DNA from: Gnetum montanum
Taxonomy: Eukaryota; Plantae; Gnetophyta
DNA: 64,000 nucleotides
Direction of reading: 5' to 3'
NCBI GenBank assembly: GCA_015680685.1
Contig: MNCI01002118.1
Coordinates: forward strand, 533,042 to 597,041
Made by a program: the position numbers and the translations under genes. This document shows positions 62,379-64,000 of the stretch, piece after piece. Within the stretch, counting starts at the first letter, position 1. Every line of letters begins with the position of its first letter. A model generated the notes under the pieces. The model searched no databases. It worked only from the letters and a program-made list of their open reading frames with translations, and was not told the origin of the DNA.

Positions 62379-64000
62379 TGATGAGCGGCAAGGTACCCTA
62401 TGCCCAACCATACAAATCACAAGCGTTCACGCATGATCTAGTCAAATTCCATGGATGGGACTAGTTCTGCATCTAGATCATTATGCCTTAATCATAGTTT
62501 GTTGTCTTCCCACTTGGACTAGTGGTAGGTTCATCGTGTATGATTTAGTTTAAAGTGAGGCATATGATAATTAATGTTGTTTGACCTTATGCTACTCCTA
62601 ATGATAATGAAGAAATCAATTATTTAAGCTAGTTAACAATAGAAACTAAAGTCTAAACTAGCCTACATGCGATGAGTATTCATCCCTAACCATCCATACA
62701 TGCCTTGGACTTCATGTAACTACCATTAGGATTACCAAGTGTACATCACTAGGTGTACCAAATGATACACTATTAAGTTACCAAGTAATTGCACTTAAGC
62801 ACTCGCGCTTAGTCATACTCATTCTACTTAATGACAGGAATAATAAAGAACAATAAATGAAAACATTAACTAAGAAAAATAGTAAATATTTAAGTAATTT
62901 AAGTTAATTAAAAGCAATAATAAAGCTAAGTGGATGCTGCAATGTTGGAAGTAATCTCAATCTTTATTGCCGAACATGTAACGTGTCCAAGTATGTCACA
63001 TTCAAATAAGGATGTCATACAATCACTTAACATCACACTGTAGGCATGCACTGGGAACTAACAGAACTTGAAATCAAAAATCTATGAATCTATTCTATCT
63101 TTTCTCTATCCCACCTCTGCACCTAATTGTGGTATTTATAGGCTCACATGGAAGGGCAATATCGGATCCTCGACATCGGAGGCTGTGTCTTGATATCAGA
63201 TACCTGACATCGCGGCCTCAATATTGGATATCCAATATTGTGGCCTTATAAAGCATGACTCATCATACCCCCATGACTAAATAAAAACTTATCCTTGAGT
63301 TAAAAAAAATGAGGAACAAGTCCTTTACAAAATATTAGGAAGGTATGGGATTATTGACTAACTTAACTAGGCACATAAATTGACTCTTCCATGTTACAAT
63401 GGTGCTTTACAAAAATGGATACAACACAACAAAACACCAAAACTAGGGGAAACTCATGTAGTTCCTGGAGGTAGTGGCTCTTCCATGGGCCGCTTCCCCT
63501 TGTTGTCAAGCTTCTATAATTTATAGTGATTCAGGAGCACTTGCAACTTGTCCTCCTCCACTCTTAGGTCATGTACCATCTAGGCTGATGAGCCAATGTG
63601 TGCTGGAACTGGTACATCCCATGGATATGGTAGCTATGAGAACATCTTATTTGCTTTCATGTACCATGCTGCAAACTACCATCATTCCTCCTTAAAGACC
63701 CTAGCCTTTTCTTTCAATTCATGGTAATCTATCAATCTCTTGGCCAGGGCTAAGGCTACATCTCTTTGTCCATGGTAGCAAGCTTTAATTGTGTTTAATT
63801 TTGAGTTTGCCAAGTGAAGTTTTTGTAAATCACTTTTCCTGTCTGCAAACTCTTTTTCATATAGTGCATATGTGGCTACTACTTGTTGTTCTAGCGTGTT
63901 TCTAGGTCAACCTACAACTAACATGGCAAGGTTAACATAGCAAAGGTTAGCCAATGTCATGTACTCTTTGAAATCTTCAATCGGCAAGTCCTTATTCTTC
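62379..64000 (-). mobile_element. 3' LTR (62379-63265), PPT and 3' internal region of another Athila-family element extending beyond the window
   Basis: tgatgagcggcaaggtaccc...ctcatca, then ccccatgactaaa...ccttgagt, the reverse complement of the Athila 3' motif seen at 43350-43382. Confidence 0.85.

Overview
Repeat-dense land-plant nuclear DNA from a draft, apparently heterozygous assembly (single-N joins and N gaps). One host gene is recognisable: a minus-strand BUB3 (BUB3.3-type) WD40 spindle-checkpoint gene. I could splice seven GT-AG exons in frame between 29688 and 6713 (282 codons); the final exon(s) were not found and probably lie left of the window. Three of its introns are 5-9 kb and filled with retroelements. 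Right of the gene is a nested stack: a decayed Ty1/copia, a full-length Athila-type Ty3/gypsy with TSD, solo LTRs, a second decayed Athila and a nearly intact L1 LINE with one premature stop. The main result is an L1-clade LINE family present as four copies in the BUB3 introns (about 9241-9661, 14178-16190, 12800-19150 and 22360-26612). Downstream of the RT/zinc-finger region it carries a roughly 480-codon extension: a plant-transposon-protein-like domain, a coiled coil and a C-terminal DnaJ/Hsp40 J-domain (HPD intact in two copies). I know of no described LINE that encodes a J-domain, but this needs database confirmation. All family assignments come from manual translation and motif recognition; no searches were run.
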